DNA of 64,000 nucleotides. It comes from Candidatus Izemoplasmatales bacterium. GTDB lineage: Bacteria > Bacillota_I > Bacilli_A > Izemoplasmatales > Hujiaoplasmataceae. This document shows positions 19,366 through 29,369 of this stretch, one piece after another. Under the pieces are notes generated by a model. That model did not search any database. It had not been told where the DNA came from and was given only the letters and a program-made list of their open reading frames with translations. Numbering within the stretch: the stretch's first letter is position 1; every line of letters starts with the position of its first letter. The stretch is from positions 79,059 through 143,058 of the forward strand of contig JBFXGX010000001.1 in NCBI GenBank assembly GCA_050177605.1. The letters are read 5' to 3'. Both the position numbers and the translations under genes were made by a program.

Positions 19366-20354
19366 TCTTTCCCCCTGTATCCAAAAGGATGTAATTGATG
19401 ATAGGCCCATGCGGAAGAGATAATCTCTTCAATCCCTTTCGTAGGCGACCAATGAAGATATCGTTTCGCTTTTTGGAAACTGGCTACGAGTTTATCTGGA
19501 TCCCCAGCTCTTCGATCTCCAAGTTTCATTGGAATTGGATGACCCGTTACCTTTCGAGCTGCTTCGACGACTTCTAAATTAGAGTATCCGTTTTCTGTTC
19601 CCAAATTGAAGATATTTGAGGGATTACCACTAAATAGATAATCAAGGGATCTTAAATGAGCGTCAACTAAGTCATCAATATGAATATAATCTCGAATACA
19701 AGTTCCGTCAGGAGTTTGGTAATCTGCGCCAAAAATAGTAATAAACTCTCTTTTTCCGAGTGGTACTTCTAATATGATAGGAATTAAATGTGTCTCTGGA
19801 TGATGGTCTTCTCCAATAGAAGAGTCGCTACTAGCTCCGGCAACATTAAAATAACGAAGACTGACATATTTTAAATCATAGGCTGTATCTGCCCATTTCA
19901 TCATTTTTTCCATTGTTAGTTTTGTTTCGCCATAAGGATTGGTTGGTTTTGTCTCAAACTCTTCTGTGATAGGCATCGTGTCATGAGCACCGTAAACAGC
20001 AGCTGAAGATGAAAAAACGATTTTTCGAACTTTGAATTCTTCCATGACTTCTAACAAACATAAAGTACCATAAACATTGTTATCAAAGTATTGATTTGGC
20101 TCGGTCATTGAAACTCCCACAAGCGAAAAGGCTGCGAAATGAACACAGGCATCGATATGCTCTTTTTTAAAAACTTCTCTTAAAAAAGGGATGTTCCTAA
20201 TATCGCCTTCATAAAACGTTGCTTTCGGATCGAGACTTTCTATGTGACCGTTCACTAGGTTATCAATCACGACTACTTGATTATTTTCTTCAATTGCTTT
20301 TTTGACAAAGTGACTACCAATATATCCTGCGCCACCTAATACAAGTAACTTCAT
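19362..20354 (-). CDS. galE: UDP-glucose 4-epimerase
   Basis: GGAGYIGSH, SSSAAVYG, YGETK, RDYIH. Confidence 0.96.
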   Translation of the reverse strand: MKLLVLGGAGYIGSHFVKKAIEENNQVVVIDNLVNGHIESLDPKATFYEGDIRNIPFLREVFKKEHIDACVHFAAFSLVGVSMTEPNQYFDNNVYGTLCLLEVMEEFKVRKIVFSSSAAVYGAHDTMPITEEFETKPTNPYGETKLTMEKMMKWADTAYDLKYVSLRYFNVAGASSDSSIGEDHHPETHLIPIILEVPLGKREFITIFGADYQTPDGTCIRDYIHIDDLVDAHLRSLDYLFSGNPSNIFNLGTENGYSNLEVVEAARKVTGHPIPMKLGDRRAGDPDKLVASFQKAKRYLHWSPTKGIEEIISSAWAYHQLHPFGYRGKE

Positions 20355-21358
20355 TACAGAACACCCCAATGATAATGGATTTGATGATGATAGGGTTTTT
20401 CTTTTGAAACGAGTCCGATTTCTACATCACTTCGATTAATCGCATTTCCTATAAATTCGGGTTCAACACAAACTGCGCTATGTAAAGGTAATGGAGCGCC
20501 AGTTTGAACCGCTTTAGTGGATGGAAAATTCGTCGAGTAAACCGTTGCCCCTGGATAACTAGATGAAATCGTTAAAGCATAAGGATGGTGTGATGACTTT
20601 AAAACAATCTCCGTCTTTGCTTTATCTGTGAATAAATAATAGTGATCTAGGCCAAAAGCAGCTTTATCGGTAGCTTTCACTTCAAGTACAGAAGGAAGAA
20701 TGGCTCTTTCTTGTTGAAAATCAAACGGCGTATTTTCTACACTCACAAACTTCGTGCCTATGAGATTTTGATCCATTAAAAGTACTTTATTTGCTGGTAC
20801 TTGGATGGAATGAGTTTCAATTTCTCTGTCAAATGTACCATCCAAATTGATATAAACATGATTGGTTAAATTGCATAATGTTTCTTGGTCACTTTCGACA
20901 TCAAAAAGAATCACTACATCATCTTGTTTTACGATGTAAGATACTTTGATATGTTGTTTCCCTGGAAGTAAAGGATGACTATAATCTAATGTAAAAACAA
21001 CAATACTTTCTTCATCATCATTTTTTTCAATAGCGTAATCAAATAGTGATCTTGAAAAACCAAATTCTCCACTATGTAAAAAGTGGCTTTTTTCCTCTTT
21101 CATTTGATATTCCTTTGCGCCTAGTTTAAACTGACCATTTTCAATCCGGCCAGCATTAGGTCCAACTGTAACACCCAAATACATTGCGTTAACATTGTAT
21201 TCTTGAATGTCATCATACCTTGCTAGAATATCTTTGCCAGATGTCGTCAACCATCTAACAAAAGACGCGCCAATGTTTAATAAAGATACTTTTTGTTTTG
21301 AACATGCGATCTCAATTTCGATAATGCCATGAGAATGTTGTATTTCAGATATTTTCAT
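20354..21358 (-). CDS. galM: Aldose 1-epimerase (galactose mutarotase)
   Basis: GPNAGRI, LHSG, NLTNHVY, GLDH, CVEP; start at MKISE after GGAGG RBS. Confidence 0.88.
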   Translation of the reverse strand: MKISEIQHSHGIIEIEIACSKQKVSLLNIGASFVRWLTTSGKDILARYDDIQEYNVNAMYLGVTVGPNAGRIENGQFKLGAKEYQMKEEKSHFLHSGEFGFSRSLFDYAIEKNDDEESIVVFTLDYSHPLLPGKQHIKVSYIVKQDDVVILFDVESDQETLCNLTNHVYINLDGTFDREIETHSIQVPANKVLLMDQNLIGTKFVSVENTPFDFQQERAILPSVLEVKATDKAAFGLDHYYLFTDKAKTEIVLKSSHHPYALTISSSYPGATVYSTNFPSTKAVQTGAPLPLHSAVCVEPEFIGNAINRSDVEIGLVSKEKPYHHQIHYHWGVL

Positions 21359-21431
21359 AAATTGATCCTCCCATATGGTATTACTTATTTTACCATAAAA
21401 AATATATTTTTTATTAAAACAAGTGAAAATC

Positions 21432-21465
21432 GAAAAGAAAAAGTAGATGTTCGCAAACATCTACC
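21432..21465 (-). terminator. Terminator after the RluA-family gene
   Basis: GTAGATGTT-CGCA-AACATCTAC hairpin with minus-strand T-tract. Confidence 0.7.
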
Positions 21466-21470
21466 TGATT

Positions 21471-22145
21471 TTACTTAAAAATATCAAATATCTTTCCCTG
21501 AGGTTCTTTCTTGAATGTCAGTATTTCTTTTGAAATTGGATGAGGAAACGAAAGAGAATAGGCATATAAAGGTAACATCTGTAGCGATGTTTTCGAACCG
21601 TATTTTTGATCCCCGTAGAGAGGATGACCGCGTAAACTAAATTGTTTTCTAATTTGATGAAAACGACCGGTAATCAGTTCAATTTCTACTAAACTAAGCA
21701 CTTCTTTATGATATTCTTTACTTTCAATGTACTGATACTCAAGTTTGGCTAATTGACCATGCGGGTCCTCAATACTAGTGAGTGATTGCTCGTCTTTACG
21801 AAGATAATTGACGAGTTCCCCTTGGTTTTTGTCAAGCCAGATTCCCTCAACAACAGCGTAATATTTTTTTGAAAACTGGTGACTTTGAATTGACTCAGCT
21901 AGCCTTGATGCGGCTTTTGATGTTCTTGCAAAAACCATCACACCACCGACATTTAAATCAAGACGATGGACTAGCCCTAAAAAAACATTCCCAGGTTTTT
22001 GATATTTTTCTTTAATATAGGCTTTTCCAAGATTCAACATATCATCAAGATCCTTATCAGCTTCTTGAGACAAAACACCTGCAGGTTTCACACAGACGAG
22101 AAGATGGTTATCAACATATAAAACTTCAAGATTATTTACACTCAT
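21471..22145 (-). CDS. RluA family pseudouridine synthase
   Basis: KPAG, VHRLD, TGRFHQIR, GDQKY. Confidence 0.92.
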   Translation of the reverse strand: MSVNNLEVLYVDNHLLVCVKPAGVLSQEADKDLDDMLNLGKAYIKEKYQKPGNVFLGLVHRLDLNVGGVMVFARTSKAASRLAESIQSHQFSKKYYAVVEGIWLDKNQGELVNYLRKDEQSLTSIEDPHGQLAKLEYQYIESKEYHKEVLSLVEIELITGRFHQIRKQFSLRGHPLYGDQKYGSKTSLQMLPLYAYSLSFPHPISKEILTFKKEPQGKIFDIFK

Positions 22146-22149
22146 TATT

Positions 22150-22947
22150 TTAACCTAACGCTACGTCTAAAATCATCATAATTACAAAACCAGCCATCAC
22201 GGCTAAAGTACCTACATTGGTATGTTCACCGAGTTGCGATTCTGGAATGAGTTCTTCCACAACAACATAAATCATTGCGCCAGCTGCGAAAGCTAAAAAC
22301 CAAGGCATGATGAACGTAAGTTGAGAAGCGAGTATTAATCCAATCACTGCAAAAACAGGTTCAACTGCTCCACTTAACATACCATAAAAGAAGCTTTTTC
22401 CCGTCGACATTCCTTCTTGTTTTAAAGGTAAGGAAATGGCAGCACCCTCAGGAAAATTCTGAATTCCAATTCCGAGCGCTAATCCAAAAGCACTCGCGAT
22501 AACAATGGATGACCCTAATTGCATTGAAAGACCAAAAGCGAGTCCGACCGCAAGCCCTTCAGGGATGTTGTGCAGTGTCACTGCGAAGACGAGCATCGTA
22601 GTTCTTTTGAAACTAGATTTTAGTCCTTCGGGTTTATCTTGATCGAAATGAAGATGTGGTAAAAGATTATCGACAAGTAGTAAAAATAACCCTCCACCAA
22701 CAAAACCAATTGTCGCAGGAACCCATCCAATCCATCCTTGATTCTCTGCTTCTTCAATCGATGGGATGAGGAGCGACCAAACACTAGCCGCAATCATAAC
22801 TCCTGCCGCAAATCCTAAAAATATCCTTTTAAAATTGTCACTCATTTGATTTCTGAAGAAAAATACCATCGCTGAACCTGCAGTGGTCATCAAGAAAATA
22901 AATGCGATACCAATGAAACTAACAAGATTATCACTCAAATCAAACAT
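22150..22947 (-). CDS. ZIP family (ZupT/GufA) metal transporter
   Basis: LHNIPEG, IQNFPEG, ELIPE. Confidence 0.92.
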   Translation of the reverse strand: MFDLSDNLVSFIGIAFIFLMTTAGSAMVFFFRNQMSDNFKRIFLGFAAGVMIAASVWSLLIPSIEEAENQGWIGWVPATIGFVGGGLFLLLVDNLLPHLHFDQDKPEGLKSSFKRTTMLVFAVTLHNIPEGLAVGLAFGLSMQLGSSIVIASAFGLALGIGIQNFPEGAAISLPLKQEGMSTGKSFFYGMLSGAVEPVFAVIGLILASQLTFIMPWFLAFAAGAMIYVVVEELIPESQLGEHTNVGTLAVMAGFVIMMILDVALG

Positions 22948-22959
22948 AAATGTACTCCT

Positions 22960-24063
22960 TTATTGATAGTTTAAATTATTCACCCAAACAAAAGGGATTG
23001 GAAAGACCTGTTCAAGAACTTCTCTCATTTCTTTTTGCGGAATTTGTTTAATTATATCATTACTTTGGCCAAAAACCAATTGATTCAGCTGATAGATATC
23101 AAACTGATGCACAAAATCCTTATAGATTAGGTTGATGTCTTCACCAGCAATATTGACGTTGAAATACGTTGAATCTTCGCCTAAGGCTACTTGAAAGTAA
23201 GTACGCAAATTTTGAAACAATAATAACGGATTGATTATTTTAATCGATGCATGAAGGTCCGTATTTTTTTTATGAACAGAAAGCAAATATGCATTCATTT
23301 CATCTGTTGGATCTAGGTAAAGCCTAACGCTTAACTTTTTTGTTTGCTTTAATACTAGACTGAGTGCTGAAAGGATGAGTTTTCTATTTCCAGCAAATTC
23401 TTTCACTGAAATCGTTCTCTTTGACCTTTCACGATTAAGAATGATATATCCAATAGTCTCTTGATCTTTCCTTACGATAAATGTAGGGTAATCAGCCCAA
23501 GAGTCAGGTGTCGTTTGCCCCTGAAAAAGCAATTTGAATTCGTCGAATGTTCTCTCAAAAGAAAGAGTTTCTTTTTTATATATCTCAAACATTGGTTGAA
23601 GATACTTATTTTCAAACGGAACTACTTCGATTTGATTTTTGGGAAAGATAAAATGTCTAGAAAGTGAATATTCAAAGATATTCCCAACTTCATTCGATCC
23701 GAATTTGGTATAAATACCGCCGCCACCAGAGATAATTGTTAAAGCAATGTCCTCTTTTATCATTTGTTTTTCAGCGTTTAAAAGAAGCTCATAGGCGATG
23801 TTTCTTCTTCTAAAATTTGGATGTGTACATACACTCCCAACAGAAGCTACTTTGAACCTAAATAGAGGATGTTTGACGACGGATGGATAATAATTAACCA
23901 TTGATACAATTTGATCTTCTTCTTTTGCGATAAACATATGATCACGATTTGATTCATGAAACAAACAAAGGAATTGTTCCTTCATATTTGGTTTGAATAC
24001 AGATACAGATAACTGTATTGCTTTCGCTATATCTTCAATCTCACAAGTACTATAATTTAACAT
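22960..24063 (-). CDS. Eis-like GNAT acetyltransferase
   Basis: VGSVCTHPNFRRRNIA acetyl-CoA motif, IYTKFG, about 367 aa with a two-GNAT-like layout. Confidence 0.8.
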   Translation of the reverse strand: MLNYSTCEIEDIAKAIQLSVSVFKPNMKEQFLCLFHESNRDHMFIAKEEDQIVSMVNYYPSVVKHPLFRFKVASVGSVCTHPNFRRRNIAYELLLNAEKQMIKEDIALTIISGGGGIYTKFGSNEVGNIFEYSLSRHFIFPKNQIEVVPFENKYLQPMFEIYKKETLSFERTFDEFKLLFQGQTTPDSWADYPTFIVRKDQETIGYIILNRERSKRTISVKEFAGNRKLILSALSLVLKQTKKLSVRLYLDPTDEMNAYLLSVHKKNTDLHASIKIINPLLLFQNLRTYFQVALGEDSTYFNVNIAGEDINLIYKDFVHQFDIYQLNQLVFGQSNDIIKQIPQKEMREVLEQVFPIPFVWVNNLNYQ

Positions 24064-25309
24064 GGTGACTCACTTTCTCAATGTATTTTTCAAAATCAAT
24101 GGTATGCCCAGATAAACGACTTTCTTCCGCCGCAAAAGCAAGTAAATGCGACAACACTGATGCTTGATCAGAAGTAACTAATTGATTATCTCCAACTTCA
24201 ATCAAACGAACAAAAGCTTTCATAACACCATAGTCTCCACCACTATGACCATAGTCTAATGTATTTAGTTTGAACACTTCTTTATGCTCATCCTTGAATA
24301 TTGTTAAAGCTACCTCCCCTTTATCCATATGACCACGGATTTCGCCTAAAGTACCCATCACTTTTATCGTTCTAGTATTTTCACTAGTAAAAGCCGTCAT
24401 TGTAAATGAGGCTGTCATTTTATTCATAAACTCTAAAATTACGACTTGGTGATCAACGACGTCGTTGTCACTATGAAAAACGCATCTTCCATAAGGTCCT
24501 TTTTTAAGTTTATCTAGGATTGAATCATCCGTCATTTGATTCGAAACTGGTAGTTTCATCCAGTCAGGAGCATTTAAGTATACCTTCGGTGCGTAATAAG
24601 CACAGTTCTCTTTATGAGGACATCCATCTAAGCAATACTTCGGTGATCCAATTGGTGCATTTTTTTCTGTAAAATAGGTTAAATCTCCAAATGAAGACAC
24701 CTTTGATACTTTCGTATCAGCTAACCACATTAATATATCCAAATCATGACAGGATTTCGCTAAAATCATTGGCGCAGACGTTGAAGACTTATGCCAATTT
24801 CCTCGAACATAACTATGGGCTTGGTGCCAGTAAGAGACATTTTCATTATGTTGAATTGTGATGATGTTTCCGATTTGACCAGAATCGATGATTTCTTTGA
24901 TTTTTTCAAAAAACAAAGTATATCTGAGTACATGTCCAATCATCAGTTTCCTGTCAAACTTCTTCGCAATTTTTTCTAAAAGAACGACATCAGTAGGACT
25001 GACAGCCATCGGTTTTTCTAAGAAAACATGATATCCTTTTTGTAAAGCGATGGAAGTAGGTTCAACATGCATCGTATCTTGTGTACAAACAAAACAAACA
25101 TCCGCGAATTTTGGCATCGCTAAAATGTCCTCAAAGCTTACAAATTGATTATCTCTTGAAATACCATGTTGAAAAGCAAAATACTCTCTTCTTTCGGCAT
25201 CTGGGTCAGCGACCCCTACAAACTTAATATCCTGTGGATTCTTTAATGCAAAATTACCATAGGCTCCGATTCCTCTTCCGCCTGCACCAATTAAAATAGC
25301 TGTTATCAT
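24050..25309 (-). CDS. Gfo/Idh/MocA family NAD-dependent oxidoreductase
   Basis: GAGGRG, LEKP, HSYVRGNW, KSCHDLD, HSGGD; start after GAGGTG RBS. Confidence 0.9.
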   Translation of the reverse strand: MITAILIGAGGRGIGAYGNFALKNPQDIKFVGVADPDAERREYFAFQHGISRDNQFVSFEDILAMPKFADVCFVCTQDTMHVEPTSIALQKGYHVFLEKPMAVSPTDVVLLEKIAKKFDRKLMIGHVLRYTLFFEKIKEIIDSGQIGNIITIQHNENVSYWHQAHSYVRGNWHKSSTSAPMILAKSCHDLDILMWLADTKVSKVSSFGDLTYFTEKNAPIGSPKYCLDGCPHKENCAYYAPKVYLNAPDWMKLPVSNQMTDDSILDKLKKGPYGRCVFHSDNDVVDHQVVILEFMNKMTASFTMTAFTSENTRTIKVMGTLGEIRGHMDKGEVALTIFKDEHKEVFKLNTLDYGHSGGDYGVMKAFVRLIEVGDNQLVTSDQASVLSHLLAFAAEESRLSGHTIDFEKYIEKVSHHVKL

Positions 25310-25360
25310 TGATATCACCTCACTACCATTTTATCATATTTTTTGGTGAAAAACAGCGCA

Positions 25361-25391
25361 AAAAAAAACTAAGTAACGAATACTTAGTTTT
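25361..25391 (-). terminator. aspS terminator
   Basis: AAAAAAAACTAAGTA-ACGAA-TACTTAGTTTT. Confidence 0.75.
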
Positions 25392-25396
25392 GTCTG

Positions 25397-26716
25397 TTAA
25401 GGGTTGATACGATTTGGACCACGATATAAAAATGTTACATCACGAATGGACTCTGTTTCAAATAATCTCATTAAGAATCGAGTTAATCCAAAGCCAAATC
25501 CTCCATGAGGTGGTACACCGTATTTGAAGAAATTAAAGTAAAAATCTAGGGACTCTTTTGACAATCCTTTCAAAACTGCTTGTTCTTCAAGGATGTTTAT
25601 ACGATGTTCTCTTTGCGCTCCTGTCGTAATTTCGATTCCACGATATAGAAGATCGAAACTCTTGGTAAGCTTTGTCTCTGAATCTAACATGTGATAGAAT
25701 GGACGAGCTTCGAATGGATAGTCAATAACGAAAACAAAATCAGATTTTAATTCTTTACGAGCATAAAGGCCAATTAGTTCTTCTTCTTTTCTATCAAAAT
25801 CGAATTCTTTTTCACCGATATATTTGTATTTTTCTTGGATGATTTTTTTTGCTTCAAAGAATGGAATTCTTGGGAAAGCAGTATCTGCAAGAACGATTTC
25901 TTTTTTATATAATTCTTGATACTCGGAACCTATTTCATCTTTTAATTTTACTAACATTGCTTTACAAATTGCTTCTTCCATATCCATCACATCGTGATGA
26001 GATTTAATCCAACTGATTTCAGCATCGACACTTGTAAATTCTGTCGCGTGATAAGCAGTATGAGAATTTTCAGCACGAAAAGCTGGCGCAATTTCAAATA
26101 CATTATTAAATCCTGAAGCCATTGCCATTTGTTTGTAAAACTGAGGAGATTGTGCTAAGAAAACAGTTTTTCCGAAATAATCCATTTTAAATACTTCTGC
26201 ACCTGATTCTGAAGCAGTACCTAAAATCTTTGGTGTATGGATTTCAATAAAATTATGATTTACCCAGTACTCTCTCATAGCCATTTCAGCAAGCGTTTGT
26301 GCTTTGAAAATAAGGTAATTTTTATCAACACGCAAATCCAAGAATCGATTATCTAAACGAAGTTCTTTGTTAGATTTGTTCGTATAATCTAAAATATCAA
26401 TTGGGAGTTCTTCAGCAGATAGAGAAGTAACTTCAAAAACGGTTGGAATAAACTCCATCCCTCTTAGTTTAACGTTCTCTCTTTGAAATAAAGTCCCTTT
26501 GACTAAGACTGTACTTTCTTTTGTTAATGTTGAAACAATTTGATTCATCGCTTGGTTCTCTTCATTCTTTTCAATGGTTACTTGTACCTTTGATGAAGAA
26601 TCTCTTAATACAATAAATTGAACATACTGTAAATCACGAATTTTATCCACAAATCCTTGAAGTTCAATTTCTTGATTAAAGTAGTTTTCTAAGTCTTTAA
26701 AATATATTTTTTCCAA
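25397..26716 (-). CDS. aspS: Aspartate--tRNA ligase, short archaeal-type (probably non-discriminating)
   Basis: LAQSPQFYKQ (Asp-type), FRAENS, PPHGGFG; 439 aa with no bacterial GAD insertion; TTG start. Confidence 0.9.
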   Translation of the reverse strand: MEKIYFKDLENYFNQEIELQGFVDKIRDLQYVQFIVLRDSSSKVQVTIEKNEENQAMNQIVSTLTKESTVLVKGTLFQRENVKLRGMEFIPTVFEVTSLSAEELPIDILDYTNKSNKELRLDNRFLDLRVDKNYLIFKAQTLAEMAMREYWVNHNFIEIHTPKILGTASESGAEVFKMDYFGKTVFLAQSPQFYKQMAMASGFNNVFEIAPAFRAENSHTAYHATEFTSVDAEISWIKSHHDVMDMEEAICKAMLVKLKDEIGSEYQELYKKEIVLADTAFPRIPFFEAKKIIQEKYKYIGEKEFDFDRKEEELIGLYARKELKSDFVFVIDYPFEARPFYHMLDSETKLTKSFDLLYRGIEITTGAQREHRINILEEQAVLKGLSKESLDFYFNFFKYGVPPHGGFGFGLTRFLMRLFETESIRDVTFLYRGPNRINP

Positions 26717-26826
26717 TGTATCACTCCACTAAATCATATTATAAATATTATATCATACACAATAACTTGTTTCAATCTGAGAATGATTCGAAAATGTCAA
26801 AACTAATAGAATCAAGTATAAGCATT

Positions 26827-26859
26827 ATTATTGTATACAATAATGAATTACTGTATAAT
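26827..26859 (+). promoter_or_regulatory. Promoter of the B12-binding/ABC operon with a perfect 18-bp palindrome over the -35
   Basis: ATTATTGTATACAATAAT (26827-26844); TTGTAT (26831-26836), 17 bp, TATAAT (26854-26859). Confidence 0.7.
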
Positions 26860-26882
26860 ATTCACGAAAAGAGGTGTAAAAA

Positions 26883-27527
26883 ATGAACCAATCTATCTAT
26901 TCAAAGTTTGTATCTTTCCTTGATAATGAGGATAAAGATCAAGCAATATCGTACGTAATTAGTTTATTAACTAACGAAGAACTAACCCTAGAGCAACTTT
27001 ATCTAGATATTCTCTCCCCTTCTCTAGCAAATTATCATTGTGAAGAGGAAGAGGAAACACTTTGCATTTGGAAAGAACACGCTAGAACTTCGATTGTAAG
27101 AACTATTCTAGAAGCAACTTATCCTTTTGTAATTGAAAGAAAAAAGAATGTTACATCCAAAAACAAAACGATTATGGTCGTTTGCCCAAGTGAAGAATAC
27201 CACGAAATCGGAGCCATTATTGTAGCTCATTTTTTATCTCTAGCAGGATACAATGCAAGATACATTGGAGCGAACACGCCAAAAAATAATATCGTTTCTG
27301 CAGTCAAAGTGCTGCATCCTGACTTTGTGGCGATTAGTGTTACCAATTACTATAACTTAGTCATTACAAAAAAAATAACAGAAGAAATCAAAAAATACTA
27401 TCCACAAGTAAAAATTATTGTGGGTGGACAAGCCTTCATTCATCCAAATGCTTTAGCACAAGTAACCTATGATTACTTCCTATCCTCCTTGACTGACTTA
27501 AGTCAGTTAGAAGGAGGGAAAGAATGA
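26883..27527 (+). CDS. Stand-alone cobalamin (B12)-binding domain protein (helical cap plus Rossmann domain)
   Basis: EYHEIG (E/DxHxxG), ISVT and VGG motifs; WKEH in the cap; no enzyme or HTH domain. Confidence 0.85.
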   Translation: MNQSIYSKFVSFLDNEDKDQAISYVISLLTNEELTLEQLYLDILSPSLANYHCEEEEETLCIWKEHARTSIVRTILEATYPFVIERKKNVTSKNKTIMVVCPSEEYHEIGAIIVAHFLSLAGYNARYIGANTPKNNIVSAVKVLHPDFVAISVTNYYNLVITKKITEEIKKYYPQVKIIVGGQAFIHPNALAQVTYDYFLSSLTDLSQLEGGKE

Positions 27528-28684
27528 AATTAGCATTTTCTATTGCCTTTCGATTTTTAAAATCAGGAAAAGGTCAGACCTTCATGATTATCTTAGGTAT
27601 CGCAATCGGTGTGAGTGTCCAAGTTTTTATTGGGTCATTAATCACTGGTTTACAAAAAAGTTTAGTTGACAAGACGATTGGCTCCAGTTCACAAATTACG
27701 ATTACTTCTTCACTTGATAATACATTACTATCAAATTATCAAGCAGATATGAGTCGTATCGAAGCTGTTTCTGATCAAATCACAATTGTATCACCTGTTT
27801 TGAATCAACCTGGAACATTAGTGAATGGAAGTTTAAATGCACCTACACTCGCAAGAGCATTTGATTTTAATAAAGCGAATCAAATCTATCATTTTGATGA
27901 AAAAATCATTGAGGGGAATATGCCAAGCACAATGAATGAAGTAGCCCTTGGCGCAAATTTAAAAACCGAACTTAATATCAATGTTGGGGATACCATTGTC
28001 TATCAAATACCGCTCGTTGGAGAAGTCAGTTATACTGTGGTTGGATTTTTTGATTTCAATGTCAAAGCAATCAATGATGCATGGTTAATTACGACTTTAC
28101 CAACACTGCAAAATGCATTAAGTGTCGGTGATGAAGTAAGTGCTATTGAGTTACAGTTAAAAGATGTATTTCAAGCTGACACGGTCAGCGTATTAATTGA
28201 AAATATCGTTGTGGATGAAAGTCTGTCTGTCGATAACTGGATTAACCAAAACGCTGAACTTTTAAGTGGTCTACAAGGCCAAAGTACTTCTAGTTATATG
28301 ATTCAAGTGTTTGTGATGATATCGGTGGTACTTGGTATCTCTTCTGTCTTAGCTATCACAGTACTTCAAAAATCAAAACAAATCGGAATTTTAAAAGCGA
28401 TGGGAATCAAAGATGCGGATGCTTCACTCGTCTTCTTATTTGAAGGATTTATTCTTGGTATCGGTGGTGCCATTCTTGGGGTCCTCTTCGGACTTGGATT
28501 AGCCTTCACCTTTACAACCTTTGCATTAGGTGCGGACGGAAACCCAGTCGTTCCACTTTATATTGATTATGGTTTTATTGCTTTGTCTGCGTTTATTGCT
28601 TTATTAGCTTCTACCGTAGCCGCACTCATTCCAGCTAGAAAATCATCTAAATTGAGTGTAATCGAGGTGATTAGAAATGCCTAA
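27524..28684 (+). CDS. FtsX/LolE-like ABC permease (4 TM, large extracellular domain)
   Basis: GIAIGV first TM, QIGILKAMG, PARKSS C-terminal motif; ATGA overlap. Confidence 0.9.
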   Translation: MKLAFSIAFRFLKSGKGQTFMIILGIAIGVSVQVFIGSLITGLQKSLVDKTIGSSSQITITSSLDNTLLSNYQADMSRIEAVSDQITIVSPVLNQPGTLVNGSLNAPTLARAFDFNKANQIYHFDEKIIEGNMPSTMNEVALGANLKTELNINVGDTIVYQIPLVGEVSYTVVGFFDFNVKAINDAWLITTLPTLQNALSVGDEVSAIELQLKDVFQADTVSVLIENIVVDESLSVDNWINQNAELLSGLQGQSTSSYMIQVFVMISVVLGISSVLAITVLQKSKQIGILKAMGIKDADASLVFLFEGFILGIGGAILGVLFGLGLAFTFTTFALGADGNPVVPLYIDYGFIALSAFIALLASTVAALIPARKSSKLSVIEVIRNA

Positions 28685-29369
28685 TGTTATGTCTTTAGAA
28701 AACATTAATAAAATCTATGGTGAAACTTCAAAATATCCTACACAAGTATTATTTGATATTAATTTAACATTTGAAGAAGGATCCTTTAATTCGATCATTG
28801 GACAATCAGGTAGTGGAAAAAGTACGCTGTTAAATATTTTAGGTACCCTTGATAAACCAACAAGCGGAAAAGTCTTCATTAATGATGTGGAAACATCACA
28901 AATGAAAAAGAATCGCCTTTCATCTCTTCGAAATCAAACGATTGGTTTCATCTTCCAGTTCCATTATTTGTTGCCAGAGTTTACTGCTCTTGAAAATGTT
29001 TTATTACCATATAAAATCTCTAAACAGCCGATAACTAAGGAAGTTATGGACCGAGCAAATGAATTACTTGATTTGGTTGGACTCACTAAAGTCAAAAACA
29101 ATTTAGCAGTTAATATGTCTGGTGGTCAACAACAACGTACAGCTATCGCAAGATCGTTGATGAATCAACCAAAGATTATTCTTGCGGATGAACCTACCGG
29201 AAACTTGGATAGTGATACGACCGAACAAATCTATGATTTATTAAGAGAAATTAATCAAAAATTTAAGACGACTTTCATCATTATTACCCATGATCGACAC
29301 ATTGCTGAAAAAGCTGATCGAATTATTGAAATAAAAGATGGTCGTATAAACTTAGATATTAAAAATTAG
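28677..29369 (+). CDS. LolD/MacB-like ABC ATPase
   Basis: GQSGSGKS, IGFIFQFHYL, MSGGQQQR, LADEPTGNLD. Confidence 0.93.
   Translation: MPNVMSLENINKIYGETSKYPTQVLFDINLTFEEGSFNSIIGQSGSGKSTLLNILGTLDKPTSGKVFINDVETSQMKKNRLSSLRNQTIGFIFQFHYLLPEFTALENVLLPYKISKQPITKEVMDRANELLDLVGLTKVKNNLAVNMSGGQQQRTAIARSLMNQPKIILADEPTGNLDSDTTEQIYDLLREINQKFKTTFIIITHDRHIAEKADRIIEIKDGRINLDIKN

Noticed and set aside
26717..26882. Cobalamin riboswitch upstream of the B12-binding gene
   Set aside because: The region is short and AT-rich, lacks B12-box/GGGAA elements, and the predicted promoter leaves only about 20 nt of leader
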